Assembly: GCA_948630815.1 (NCBI GenBank)
Contig: CAPIEU010000006.1
Span: 19,768 to 83,767, forward strand
Length of the DNA: 64,000 nucleotides
Direction: 5' to 3'
Source of the DNA: an uncultured Clostridia bacterium
GTDB taxonomy: Bacteria > Bacillota > Clostridia > TANB77 > CAG-508
The notes below the pieces were generated by a model, which made no database searches, had not been told where the DNA came from, and saw only the letters and a list, made by a program, of their open reading frames with translations. Within the stretch, counting starts at the first letter, position 1; the number at the start of each line of letters is the position of its first letter. The translations under genes and the position numbers were made by a program. Positions 9,402-19,354 of the stretch are shown one piece after another.

Positions 9402-10135
9402 ATGTTGCTTATATATATGATGGCTCTTTTAATGGCCTACTTACTATTGTTTTTGATAGTTATATTTCTAAAACCATACCTAATAGAATTGTTACTTCTA
9501 ATTTTGAACTAGACTTATTTTGCAAATATCACTTTCTAAAAACTGATGATGAAAAAGCAAATAGACTTTCTTATGGAGTAATAAAAAACATATCCTATCA
9601 TGCACTATATACTGCTTATCATATGTTTTTATCTAATGTTATAAATAAAGAAATTTATATTGTTCAATATCTTCTTTTAGGATTTCAAATTGGAAATAAA
9701 TTAGACCATTTATTAACAAACGATACAGTATTAAAACTAGAAAAAACCAGTAAACGTGTTTTTGGAGAATTTCATAGGTTATGTGGTTTAGTTAGATTTA
9801 TGAAGCTATCTAATGGTATGTTTTATGCTAAAATTCATCCAGATAATAACATATTAGAATTATTAGGACATCATTTTATTAAAAGACTTCCAAACGAAAA
9901 CCTTATAATACACGATAAAATTAGAAATATTGCTCTATTATATAACAAGAATGATTATATTATTATAGAAGCAGATAATCTAAAAATTACCTCTTTACCA
10001 GAAGAAGAACTATATTATCAATCTTTATGGAAAACTTTTTATAAATCGATTGGAATTAAAGAAAGAAAAAATTCTAAATTAAGAATGCAATTTATGCCAA
10101 AAAAATATTGGCAAGATTTAGTTGAGGATTTATAG
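9380..10135 (+). CDS. TIGR03915/DUF4130-family putative DNA repair protein (partner of the radical SAM protein)
   Basis: 251 aa overlapping the upstream gene by 22 nt. N-terminus ..YIYDGSFNGLLTIVF is typical of the family as I recall it. Confidence 0.65.
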   Translation: MYQWKFIDVAYIYDGSFNGLLTIVFDSYISKTIPNRIVTSNFELDLFCKYHFLKTDDEKANRLSYGVIKNISYHALYTAYHMFLSNVINKEIYIVQYLLLGFQIGNKLDHLLTNDTVLKLEKTSKRVFGEFHRLCGLVRFMKLSNGMFYAKIHPDNNILELLGHHFIKRLPNENLIIHDKIRNIALLYNKNDYIIIEADNLKITSLPEEELYYQSLWKTFYKSIGIKERKNSKLRMQFMPKKYWQDLVEDL

Positions 10136-10172
10136 AGTGTTATTGTATAACGGTTTCATTCTAAATAACAAC

Positions 10173-10329
10173 AAAAGTAATCTTGGAAATCTACATTTTT
10201 AAGCCACATAAGCGACCAAACGAGCAATGTTTCATTGCGAGTGCAAGTTTTTCGCACCCTACATATAAAAGTGTAAAACGTAGGGTGCAACACCAAGACT
10301 TATAAAATGTAGATTGGAAAGATACTTTT
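10173..10329. other. about 157-nt GC-rich structured element (long closing stem plus inner hairpins); candidate ncRNA or palindromic repeat
   Basis: AAAAGTAATCTTGGAAATCTACATTTT (10173-10199) pairs with AAAATGTAGATTGGAAAGATACTTTT (10304-10329). Inner 9-bp hairpin GCACCCTAC/GTAGGGTGC (10254-10262/10280-10288) and hairpin GCAATG/CATTGC. Confidence 0.4.
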
Positions 10330-10400
10330 CATTGCTATTAAAGTAAAAATCATTAGCTAGTAACTTCTACACAATATAAAACTAATAAAAGCTTAATTTT

Positions 10401-10805
10401 CTACTTAACAAAATAATTATAGATATTATTTAAATCTATTTCATCCTTAAATTTATTTTCCATTGGACACATTCCTGTTTTATCATTATTTATAATAAAA
10501 TCTACCTTATTTTTATATTCGTATTTAATACTATGTTCCTCTAAAATAGGTATTGCAAATTCACTTATTACATCTGCATATATCTCACTTACCCCTGCCA
10601 CTGTTAAGATACTTCCTGCAACTTTTCCTATTACTTTATCAGCAATCGTAGCACCCTTTAATGCGTCTTTATCTTCTTTTAATATAGCTACAATATCCTC
10701 TACTCTTCTATGATAATATTTTTTACAAGTTCCATCTTTAAACAGTACTACTAAACTTGCATTATCTTCATATAATTTTTCTTTTACAATTTCTAAATTA
10801 GTCAT
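10401..10805 (-). CDS. DUF1893 (TM1506-like) protein
   Basis: 134 aa, last gene of a three-gene operon. Family assigned from memory of the TM1506-like pattern (..KVIGKVAG..GMCPME..). Confidence 0.5.
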   Translation of the reverse strand: MTNLEIVKEKLYEDNASLVVLFKDGTCKKYYHRRVEDIVAILKEDKDALKGATIADKVIGKVAGSILTVAGVSEIYADVISEFAIPILEEHSIKYEYKNKVDFIINNDKTGMCPMENKFKDEIDLNNIYNYFVK

Positions 10806-11361
10806 TTTCTAATTGTAACCTTTCGTTCATTATTTTTACAATTATAGGAACACATAGTAGTTGTATTATAATTCCTGGTAATCCTACTTTAATACTTTCT
10901 ATAACAGAAATTCCATAAGTAGGTAAACCAATTACATTTATTGCAAAGGCTAATATTCCTGCATAAACTACTCTTCCCAATACAATTGTAGCAATTAATG
11001 ATATATATGAATTGAATTTTTTGTTAAATATACTAAGTAACACTGCATAAATTAGTAACTCTATTAACATATATGGTAATCTAGCAAGACTAGGCATTCC
11101 TGTTAATAAGTAACTAAATATTACAGAACTTCCTGCAACAATAGCACTACTTGTAATTCCAAATGTTAATGCTGCAATTAGTACTGCAATGTGCATTGGT
11201 AAAAATGTAGCCCCTGCTGTATTTCCAGCTAGTATATGAAATATTCTAGGAAGTGTAATTCCTATTCCTGATAGTAAAACTGTTCCTATAATGTATTTTG
11301 CTTTCGTAGTTGATAATATTTGTGATAAACGATTATTTTTTTCTAATACTTTTTCTTTCAT
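10798..11361 (-). CDS. polytopic membrane protein, ECF-transporter S-component-like
   Basis: 187 aa with about 5-6 hydrophobic helices. Overlaps the downstream gene by 8 nt. Confidence 0.45.
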   Translation of the reverse strand: MKEKVLEKNNRLSQILSTTKAKYIIGTVLLSGIGITLPRIFHILAGNTAGATFLPMHIAVLIAALTFGITSSAIVAGSSVIFSYLLTGMPSLARLPYMLIELLIYAVLLSIFNKKFNSYISLIATIVLGRVVYAGILAFAINVIGLPTYGISVIESIKVGLPGIIIQLLCVPIIVKIMNERLQLEND

Positions 11362-11374
11362 AAATTAATCCTCC

Positions 11375-12256
11375 TTATAACTCTATAAGTTCGTATTGTT
11401 TTGTTCCAATACCTAATTCTTCTGCTACATCTATTGTATGTGTTCCATTTCTTGATTCAACTCTTTCTAAGAAATGTGCTTTTCCTTCATCATCTGAATT
11501 TTTAACTAAATCAATACAAGCTTGGTCTATTGCAACAGGATCTAAACTTGCTAAAATTCCTATATCTTTTATACAAGGATCTTCTGCTACTGAACAACAA
11601 TCACAATCAACACTCATATTACACATAATATTTATATAAGCGATTTTATCTTTAAAATAATTTACAACAGAAGATGCACTATCTGCCATAGCTTCTAAAA
11701 ACTCATCTTGTTTTGCAATATTATCCCATAATATTGTTTGGTCTTTTGTTTTTCCAGCAGAATGTATCCAAGATTTTCCTTGTGATGATGCAACACCAAT
11801 AGATAATTGTTTTAATGCTCCACCATATCCTCCCATTGGATGACCTTTAAAGTGTGATAATACAAGCATTGAGTTATAATTATCTATGTTTTGTCCAACA
11901 TAGTTTTTCTTAATTACTTTACCATTTGGTATCTCTAATACTTTGTCCTCTCTTTCAGCATCCAAAATATCAACTGCAAAGTATTTACTCCATCCGTGTT
12001 TTTCCATTAATTTTTGATGCTTATCAGTAGTATTTCTTTCTCCTTCATATGCTGTATTACATTCTACTATTGTTCCATTTACATATTCTACCATTTGCTT
12101 CATAAATTCTGGGTGAAGATAATTTTGGTTTCCTTCTTCTCCTGAATGTACTTTAATAGCAACCTTTCCTGGCAATTCTTTATTTAATGCTTGATACATT
12201 TTAACTACCTTTTCTGGGTTTATTTCCCTTGTAAAATACACTTTTGCTTTTTCCAT
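11375..12256 (-). CDS. DUF362-domain (Fe-S binding) protein
   Basis: Start MEKAKVYFT after AAAGGA. Has the Cys cluster CNMSVDCDCC and overall DUF362-like sequence. Confidence 0.6.
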   Translation of the reverse strand: MEKAKVYFTREINPEKVVKMYQALNKELPGKVAIKVHSGEEGNQNYLHPEFMKQMVEYVNGTIVECNTAYEGERNTTDKHQKLMEKHGWSKYFAVDILDAEREDKVLEIPNGKVIKKNYVGQNIDNYNSMLVLSHFKGHPMGGYGGALKQLSIGVASSQGKSWIHSAGKTKDQTILWDNIAKQDEFLEAMADSASSVVNYFKDKIAYINIMCNMSVDCDCCSVAEDPCIKDIGILASLDPVAIDQACIDLVKNSDDEGKAHFLERVESRNGTHTIDVAEELGIGTKQYELIEL

Positions 12257-12346
12257 TTTATCAATCCTTTCTTTATTTTTGTATACCAATTATATATCAC
12301 ATAAGCTTAACTCAAAGTCAATAGCTTTTTAAATTTTTATAATATT

Positions 12347-13672
12347 TTAAGCATATTGATATTTATTTTTGTTTACTTTCAAAAATACAAAACTAACTAT
12401 TAATGCTAATATTTCAGCAAAAATTACAGCAATCCATAATCCATCTATTCCTATTATTAATGGTAGTAGTAGTATCATTGCAACTTGGAATAATAATGTT
12501 CTTAAAAAAGATATTACTCCTGAAACTACTCCATTATTTAATGCTGTAAAGAAAGATGATGCAAATATATTAAATCCACTAATAATATATGATAACGAAA
12601 ATAATCTAATTGCTCTAGTCGTCATTTCAAGTAATTCTACATCATAACTTACAAATATTGAAGCTAGTAACTTTGACGATATTTCCGCAAGCCCCGTCAT
12701 AACAACTGAAGTTACTAATATTAACCTTAAACTTTTCTTTAATAAACTTTTTAATTCCTTTGTATTTTTGGCTCCATAGTGGTATCCTATAATTGGTGCT
12801 GTTCCTACACTATATCCTAGATATGTTCCCACAAATATAAAACCCACATACATAATAATTCCATATGCCACAACACCATTTGAACCTATATATTTCATAA
12901 GTTGTATATTGTATAACATATTAACAAGTGACATAGATAAATTTGTTAACATTTCAGATGAACCATTTATACAAGACTGTAAAATTGCTTTTCCATCAAA
13001 TTTTGCTTTTACTAATCTTATTGAAGTATTATTTTTATTTATAAAATAGGCAAGTGGCACAATACATCCTATAGATTGGCTTATTCCTGTTGCAAGTGCT
13101 GCACCAAATACTCCCATTTTAAATACATACATAAATAGAAAATCTAAAAACATATTGGTTAATCCCATAATAATTGAAACAAATAGCCCAAATGTAGGCT
13201 TTCCTGCCACAATTATAAAACTTTGAAAACAATTTTGTAATACAAATGGTACTAAAAATAAAATTATAGTGGTTCCATAAGTTACACAATCTTTAAGCAT
13301 ATTATCATCTGCTCCTAGTAAGCGAGATGCTGGTTTTATTATAACTATTCCTATAATTGTTAATACAAGACCTATTATAACTAGCAAATATACTAGCATT
13401 GAAAAATATTCATTTGCTTTTTTCTTATCTCCTTCTCCTATTGTTTTTGAAACTAAGGCACTTCCTCCTGTTCCAATCATAAAACCTATTGTTCCTAAAA
13501 TCATTAATGCTGGCATAATTAAATTAACTGATGCAAATGCGTCTGCACCTACTTGGTTTGATACAAATATTCCATCTACTATTCCATATATTGATGTAAA
13601 TATCATCATTACAATTGTTGGTATTGTAAATCTTATTAATTTTTTATATGTAAAATGATCTGATAATTCCAT
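12347..13672 (-). CDS. MATE-family efflux transporter
   Basis: 441 aa with 12 predicted TM segments and a typical MATE N-terminus (..KLIRFTIPTIVMMIFTSIYGIVDGIFV..). Confidence 0.85.
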   Translation of the reverse strand: MELSDHFTYKKLIRFTIPTIVMMIFTSIYGIVDGIFVSNQVGADAFASVNLIMPALMILGTIGFMIGTGGSALVSKTIGEGDKKKANEYFSMLVYLLVIIGLVLTIIGIVIIKPASRLLGADDNMLKDCVTYGTTIILFLVPFVLQNCFQSFIIVAGKPTFGLFVSIIMGLTNMFLDFLFMYVFKMGVFGAALATGISQSIGCIVPLAYFINKNNTSIRLVKAKFDGKAILQSCINGSSEMLTNLSMSLVNMLYNIQLMKYIGSNGVVAYGIIMYVGFIFVGTYLGYSVGTAPIIGYHYGAKNTKELKSLLKKSLRLILVTSVVMTGLAEISSKLLASIFVSYDVELLEMTTRAIRLFSLSYIISGFNIFASSFFTALNNGVVSGVISFLRTLLFQVAMILLLPLIIGIDGLWIAVIFAEILALIVSFVFLKVNKNKYQYA

Positions 13673-13907
13673 TTTGTAAATCTTTTGCTCCTTTCTTTAG
13701 TTTCAAATGTGCTGTTTGCTATCTTAACACAAAATAGAACAATTATCAATATAATTGCTCTATTTTTATGTAGATTAATTTAATGTTTAAGCTCTTCGAA
13801 GAATTTACAAGAAAGCCCATTTAACAAAGGGGCTTTCTTGCACACTCTAGAAGATATTTTTAAGATATAGCTTAAACTATAACTAACTTATACTAATATA
13901 ATACATC

Positions 13908-14545
13908 TTATCTAATAAAATTTGTGAAGTTAGTTTTTTCTTGAACTGGAATACTAACTCCATTTTCTTTTCCAGCTTCTATACATTTTAGAAAATATGC
14001 CATATTTCTTCCAAGAATCCTCATAATTTGCATACCTTCTTCATCTTTTCTTACTTCCTCTGGTGTTTGACCATGCACCATATTCCAATATCTTGACGAA
14101 ATAATTGGCATTTGTGTAATTCCAAAATACTTATTTAGTTGATCATACGTTGCAGTGGTTCCTGCTCTTCTCGCAGATATAACAGTAGCTACTGGTTTAA
14201 ATAAAAAGGCTTTACTTTTTCCGTGCCTGAGAGCTTGAATAAAATACTCTATCCATAAATCCTGTTATGTTGCCCGAAGCTCCTGCATAATGTACTGGAC
14301 TACCAAATATAAATCCGTCTGCATTTTCAGCCTTTTCTACAAATTCATTTACAACGTCATTAAATACACATTTTCCAAGCTCTTTACATTTTTTACAAGC
14401 AATACATCCTCCGCACTGGTTTATTTCCAATCCAAAAACTCTCTGTATCTATTCCCTCTTCCTTTAATGTCTTTGAAACCTCTTCTAATGCAGTATATGT
14501 ACATCCTTTTTCGTGTGGTCCTCCATTTACTAACAATACTTTCAT
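13908..14545 (-). CDS. iron-sulfur flavoprotein / NADPH-dependent FMN reductase family; frame broken twice at in-frame CGG
   Basis: MKVLLVNGGPHEKGCTY start after AAGGAGGA. The three frame segments join by +1 steps at 14413 and 14223, giving KPV-G-GCIACKKC and SQA-G-KSKAFLFKPVATVISARRAG. Confidence 0.75.
14220..14223 (-). other. CGG(+1) site: resume on GGA (Gly)
   Basis: TCT CAG GCA [C]GGA AAA AGT AAA. The 0-frame reads CGG AAA AAG TAA. Confidence 0.8.
14410..14413 (-). other. CGG(+1) site: resume on GGA (Gly)
   Basis: AAA CCA GTG [C]GGA GGA TGT ATT. The CGG is in frame with the ATG at 14545, and the +1 frame equals ORF 14212..14430. Confidence 0.8.
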
Positions 14546-14640
14546 ATGCATCCTCCTTATATCCTAGTTTATTCACTTAGCTTATTAAAAATCACACTTT
14601 TCTCTTTCATCAATATTTTTCCCACTTTATATCCATAATC

Positions 14641-15930
14641 TTATTTCGTAAATTCTATGTCTTCTTTTTTGTATTCTTCTGGTCTTAAACCAAATCTTTT
14701 CCTCATATAATCTAAAACAACAACCATGCAAGCAAGTGATAGTAAACCAACAACTAAAAACGCATTTTCAACTGTAAATACTTCTAAAAGTAATCCTCCT
14801 AAAACTGAAAAAGTACTTGCAACTATTCCTCCAATAAGTTCATATGCACATGTTATTTTGTTTCTAGCATCTTCATTTGTAAAATTTCTTAAATATTTAG
14901 TTTCTAATATATACCATATTGATATACTCATTTTTTGTATTGCAAACATTATTAATACAATTGGTATTATAATTGTACCCTTATAATAACTTGCAATTAC
15001 TCCAATTATTATACATACTCCTATATATGTTAAAGATAAAAATGATAATGTTCTATTTTTAAATTTCTTTTCAATTGGTCTTTTTAGTGATAATGAAACA
15101 CCACTAATAAAAGTAAGAATTGCAAATATCATTGAAAATTGTTCTTCTGGTATTCCTATATTAACAAGTAAATCACTATTATAGGTATCTATAATCTCTA
15201 TTAAACTATAAAATACAATTTGAAATAATATAAATGCTTTCATTCTTTTAGATTTTACAATAAATTTAAAGGAAATTTTTAAATCCTCTTTATAACCCTT
15301 TAAAGCTCCAAATATATTTATTTTTTCATTTTTATTTCTTTTTACTGGATATATATCTTTAAATCCAAATGATAAAATAGTTGAAATTATAATGAATACT
15401 AAACATACTATTATTGGAAGATAATTATTAAACACAAATAAATATCCAGCTGTTAATGATGCTATACCATCTAATATATAGTAACAGCTTCCTCCCTTTG
15501 CATCTATTTTAGAATATAATCCTTCTCCACCTTTTGTTGAAACTGAATCATACAAAATATTAGCTTCTGCTATTGTTTTTATATCATATCCTAAAGCAAA
15601 TGCCAAATCTGCTATTATAACACCAATTACACCAGGTATAAATATAAGAGCTAATGCAAATATAATAAGTAATATATTTCCTAATATTATACTTTTTCTT
15701 TTTCCTAGAAAATCTGTAATTGTAACTGCTGGTATTTGCATTAAAGTTCTAAATAATAAGTAAAATCCATTTATTATTAAGACTTCTGAGGCAGTTACTT
15801 TTTTAGTAATTGTGTAAAATAAAAACTCTATTGAATAGAAAAATAACAAATCCCACGAAAACATTTTATATATTGGATAAAGTTTAGCATTATTCCTTCT
15901 TATTTTTCGTATTTCTCTTTCGTCTTTCAT
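14641..15930 (-). CDS. MFS-type transporter
   Basis: 429 aa with about 12 TM helices. No finer assignment possible. Confidence 0.65.
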   Translation of the reverse strand: MKDEREIRKIRRNNAKLYPIYKMFSWDLLFFYSIEFLFYTITKKVTASEVLIINGFYLLFRTLMQIPAVTITDFLGKRKSIILGNILLIIFALALIFIPGVIGVIIADLAFALGYDIKTIAEANILYDSVSTKGGEGLYSKIDAKGGSCYYILDGIASLTAGYLFVFNNYLPIIVCLVFIIISTILSFGFKDIYPVKRNKNEKINIFGALKGYKEDLKISFKFIVKSKRMKAFILFQIVFYSLIEIIDTYNSDLLVNIGIPEEQFSMIFAILTFISGVSLSLKRPIEKKFKNRTLSFLSLTYIGVCIIIGVIASYYKGTIIIPIVLIMFAIQKMSISIWYILETKYLRNFTNEDARNKITCAYELIGGIVASTFSVLGGLLLEVFTVENAFLVVGLLSLACMVVVLDYMRKRFGLRPEEYKKEDIEFTK

Positions 15931-15936
15931 TTGTAT

Positions 15937-16690
15937 TTACTCCTTTATTTTTATAATATCTTTTACTATCTCTCCTGCTATTATAAGTCCTGCTACTGAT
16001 GGAACAAATGATATACTGCCTGGTACTTGTTTTTTAGAATTACTATTGTCGCCATCTTCATAATTTTCTTCTCCACTATCCTCTTCTAACTCTATGTCTT
16101 GTTTTAAAGGTTTCTCTTGTGAATAAAGAACTTTTAAGCTATTTATTCCTCTTTTTCGTAATTCTTTTCTCATAACTTTTGCTAAGGGACATACTTTAGT
16201 TTTATATATATCAACAATTTCAAATTTAGTTGGATCTAGTTTGTTTCCTGTTCCCATTGCCGATATAATAGGTATATTTAATTTTTCGCAATTCACTACT
16301 AATTCAATTTTTGCAGTAACTGTATCTATGCTATCTACTACATATGATATAGTATTATCTAATATTCTTTCTTTACAATCTGGTAAATAAAATTCTTTAA
16401 AGGTTTCCACTTTTGCATTTGGATTTATTTCTAGAATTCTTTTCTTCATTTCATCTACTTTATACTTACCTATGGTGTTATGGTTTGCATGTATTTGCCT
16501 ATTTATATTAGTTAAACTAATTTTATCGTGATCCACTAATATAAAATTTCCGTACACCTGCTCTTACTAATCCTTCTACTACAAATGAGCCTACTCCACC
16601 TATTCCAAATACTGCGACCTTTGCATTATTTAATTTTTCTATACCACTACTACCTATTAATAGTTCTGTTCTTGAAAATTGATTTGACAT
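15937..16690 (-). CDS. tcdA: tRNA threonylcarbamoyladenosine dehydratase (ThiF-family, TcdA/YgdL-like); frame broken at in-frame CGG
   Basis: N-terminus MSNQFSRTELLIGSSGIEKL..VAVFGIGGVGSFVVEGLVRAGV is joined via a +1 step at 16552 to -G-NFILVDHDKISLTNINRQ. Confidence 0.8.
16549..16552 (-). other. CGG(+1) site: resume on GGA (Gly)
   Basis: GCA GGT GTA [C]GGA AAT TTT ATA. The restored Gly is the conserved G of the ThiF-family R-x-G-V/I-G motif. Confidence 0.85.
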
Positions 16691-16741
16691 TTATTTCTCC
16701 TTTTTTGTTATTTGTTAAGGTTTAATCTTTAACTAGTAGCC

Positions 16742-16832
16742 AAGTAGCGACACGTGAATGTAGTGCTTTTCTTTTTTTGAGTATACGAAAAAAAAGAAAA
16801 TGCCCTACATTTAGCAAGATGGAGCGGATTTT
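16742..16832 (+). repeat. family-A intergenic palindromic repeat, copy 2
   Basis: AAGTAGCGACACGTGAATGTAGTGCTTTTCTTTTTTT..AAAAAAAAGAAAATGCCCTACATTTAGCAAGATGGAGCGGATTTT. Stem changes are compensatory relative to copy 1. Confidence 0.8.
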
Positions 16833-16870
16833 ATTATTACAGACTAACCATTAACGTAATATACTTTAAT

Positions 16871-19066
16871 TCATCGTTTTAATCTTAGTGCATTTAATAC
16901 TACTGTTATACTACTTATTGTCATAGCTAATGCTGCAAACATTGGATTCATTGTTATTCCAAATGATTCTAACACTCCTGCTGCTACTGGTATCATACAA
17001 ATATTATAGAAAAATGCCCAAAATAAGTTTTGTTTTATATTTCTTATAGTCTTTTTACTTAAAGTTATTAAATCATTTATTTTCTCTAAATTATCACTCA
17101 TAAGCACAACATTACTACTATCCATTGCAATATCAGTTCCACTTGAAATGGAAATTCCAATATCTGCAGTTACTAAGCTTACACTATCATTTATTCCATC
17201 TCCACACATCATAACAATTCCTTGTTCTTTTAATTTAGAAATTTCTTCTGCTTTTTGTTTTGGTAAAACATTCGCTATAACTTTATCTATTCCTATTTTT
17301 GATGCAATAAATTGTGCTGTTTTTTCGTTATCTCCTGTAAGCATTACAATTTCTATATCTTTTTGTTTTAACTCTTTTATTACAATTTCTATATTATCCT
17401 TTAAAACATCTTTTACACCAATTATGCAAAGTAGTTTTTTATTTTCAGCTACAAATAGTATACTATTTCCTTCGTTTGAAAGTTTCATTTCATGTTCATT
17501 ATTTTTAATTTCTATATTGTGTTCTTCCATTAATTTTCTGTTTCCAATAAAATATTCATCTTTTCCATGCTTAGCCTTTACTCCATATCCTGGTATTGCT
17601 TCAAATCTTTCTACTTCTTCTAAATCTATTTTATTTTCCTCAGCCTCTGCTACAATAGCTCTTGCAATTGGATGTTCTGATTTTTTCTCTATACTTGCAA
17701 CGATTTTTACTATTTCTTTTTCTTCCAAATTACTATAGTTATAAATTTTAGAAATTGTTAACTTTCCTTTTGTTAAAGTTCCTGTTTTATCAAAACAAAT
17801 CGTTCTTACTTTGTGTGCATTTTCTAAGGCTTCACTTGTCTTTACAAGTATACCTTTCTTACTTGCATTACCTGATGCTATTACAATTGCAAGTGGAGTT
17901 GCAAGTCCTAAACTGCAAGGGCAAGCTACTACCAATATTGTTACAAATATATTTATTGCAAAGGCTATGTTTTTTGTAATTATTAGCCATATAATAAAAC
18001 TTATTATGCTTAGTACTATAATTGTAGGCACAAAATATCCGCTAATTTTATCTGCAATTTTAGCTATATGTGATTTTGTATTTGTTGCTTCTACTACTAA
18101 TCTAACTATTTCAGATACAGTTGATTCTTTTCCTATTTTTTCTGCTTCATATTTTATTGTTCCTTCATAATTAATACTTCCTGCAATTACTTTTTGCCCT
18201 TTTTCTTTTTTTACAGGAACACTTTCCCCAGTTATAAAGGCTTCATTTATATGTGTTGTTCCTTCTACTACTATTCCATCTACTGCAATTTTTTCTCCTG
18301 GTTTTGCAAGTACAATATCTCCTTTTTTTATTTCATCAATAGTTACTGTTATTTCTTCTCCATTTCTTATAATTACAGCTTGATTTGGTGTAATTGTCAT
18401 TAATTCTTGTAATGCTTCTTTGGTTTTATCTTTATTTTTATTTTCTATATATTTTCCTATTTTTATAAAGAAAATAACAATAGCAGCTGATTCATAATAT
18501 AAATTATGAACATATGCTAGGTCTTTTTTTAATATCATAAACGTTCCAAATAAACTATATATATAGCTACTTAATACCCCAATTGCAACTAATGTATCCA
18601 TATTAGGAGTTCTATGTATTAAATTTTTATATCCATTTTTTATTATGTCTCTTCCTATGAATAAAACTATAGTAGTTAAGAAAAGAAGCACTAAGGCATA
18701 GTTTAATGAATTGTTCATCATACTTACATATGGTATTTCTGGTAAGCTTACCATATGTGCCATTGATACATATAAAATTAATAAAGATATTATAGTAATT
18801 CCAAGTAATTTATATTTTTCATTACTTTTCTTTTTTTCTTCTTTTTCAAAATTATCTATTCCTAAGCTTTCAAAACCAGCTTTTTCAATAAACTTTTCTA
18901 GGCTAGGAATATCTAGTATTTTTTCATCATACTCTATACTTGCATTATTCATTATTAAATTAACTGTTGCACTCTTTATTCCCTCTTGTTTATTTAAATA
19001 CTTTTCTAAACCTGTAGAACACGCACTACAAGTCATTCCATCAATTTTTAATAATACTTTTTTCAT
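16871..19066 (-). CDS. copA: copper-translocating P1B-type ATPase
   Basis: 731 aa with N-terminal MTCSAC metal-binding domain, CPC motif (ACPCSLGLATP), DKTGT and GDGINDS. Confidence 0.95.
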   Translation of the reverse strand: MKKVLLKIDGMTCSACSTGLEKYLNKQEGIKSATVNLIMNNASIEYDEKILDIPSLEKFIEKAGFESLGIDNFEKEEKKKSNEKYKLLGITIISLLILYVSMAHMVSLPEIPYVSMMNNSLNYALVLLFLTTIVLFIGRDIIKNGYKNLIHRTPNMDTLVAIGVLSSYIYSLFGTFMILKKDLAYVHNLYYESAAIVIFFIKIGKYIENKNKDKTKEALQELMTITPNQAVIIRNGEEITVTIDEIKKGDIVLAKPGEKIAVDGIVVEGTTHINEAFITGESVPVKKEKGQKVIAGSINYEGTIKYEAEKIGKESTVSEIVRLVVEATNTKSHIAKIADKISGYFVPTIIVLSIISFIIWLIITKNIAFAINIFVTILVVACPCSLGLATPLAIVIASGNASKKGILVKTSEALENAHKVRTICFDKTGTLTKGKLTISKIYNYSNLEEKEIVKIVASIEKKSEHPIARAIVAEAEENKIDLEEVERFEAIPGYGVKAKHGKDEYFIGNRKLMEEHNIEIKNNEHEMKLSNEGNSILFVAENKKLLCIIGVKDVLKDNIEIVIKELKQKDIEIVMLTGDNEKTAQFIASKIGIDKVIANVLPKQKAEEISKLKEQGIVMMCGDGINDSVSLVTADIGISISSGTDIAMDSSNVVLMSDNLEKINDLITLSKKTIRNIKQNLFWAFFYNICMIPVAAGVLESFGITMNPMFAALAMTISSITVVLNALRLKR

Positions 19067-19276
19067 TTACTCTATAACCTCAAATCCTGCATCTACAATA
19101 ACTTCTTTTATTTCTTCTATATTCACATTTTCTTCTTTATATTCTACACTTGCACATTTTTCTTCAAATGTAACTTTTGCAGTTTCTACTCTTTCTACGT
19201 TATTAAGTACTTTTTCTAATCTTTTAGCACATCCTTCACAGTGCATTCCTTCTATTTTTAAATCTATATTTTTCAT
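19067..19276 (-). CDS. copZ: copper chaperone CopZ
   Basis: 69 aa with the GMHCEGC motif. Its stop abuts the copA start. Confidence 0.9.
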   Translation of the reverse strand: MKNIDLKIEGMHCEGCAKRLEKVLNNVERVETAKVTFEEKCASVEYKEENVNIEEIKEVIVDAGFEVIE

Positions 19277-19354
19277 AATATACCTCCTAAAATTTTTATA
19301 CTAGTATTATATACTATTTTTAGTAATTTGAAAATATTTTTTTGTTTTTATACA

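Noticed and set aside
10173-10329. Assigning the structured island as 6S RNA
   Set aside because: Only the general shape is similar. I cannot verify the conserved central-bubble features or promoter and terminator, and it shares a motif with the dispersed repeats.
17148-19304. Several plus-strand ORFs (17148..17738, 17811..18170, 18711..19304 and others)
   Set aside because: They are antisense shadows inside copA/copZ. The same applies to the other short opposite-strand ORFs inside long genes throughout the window.
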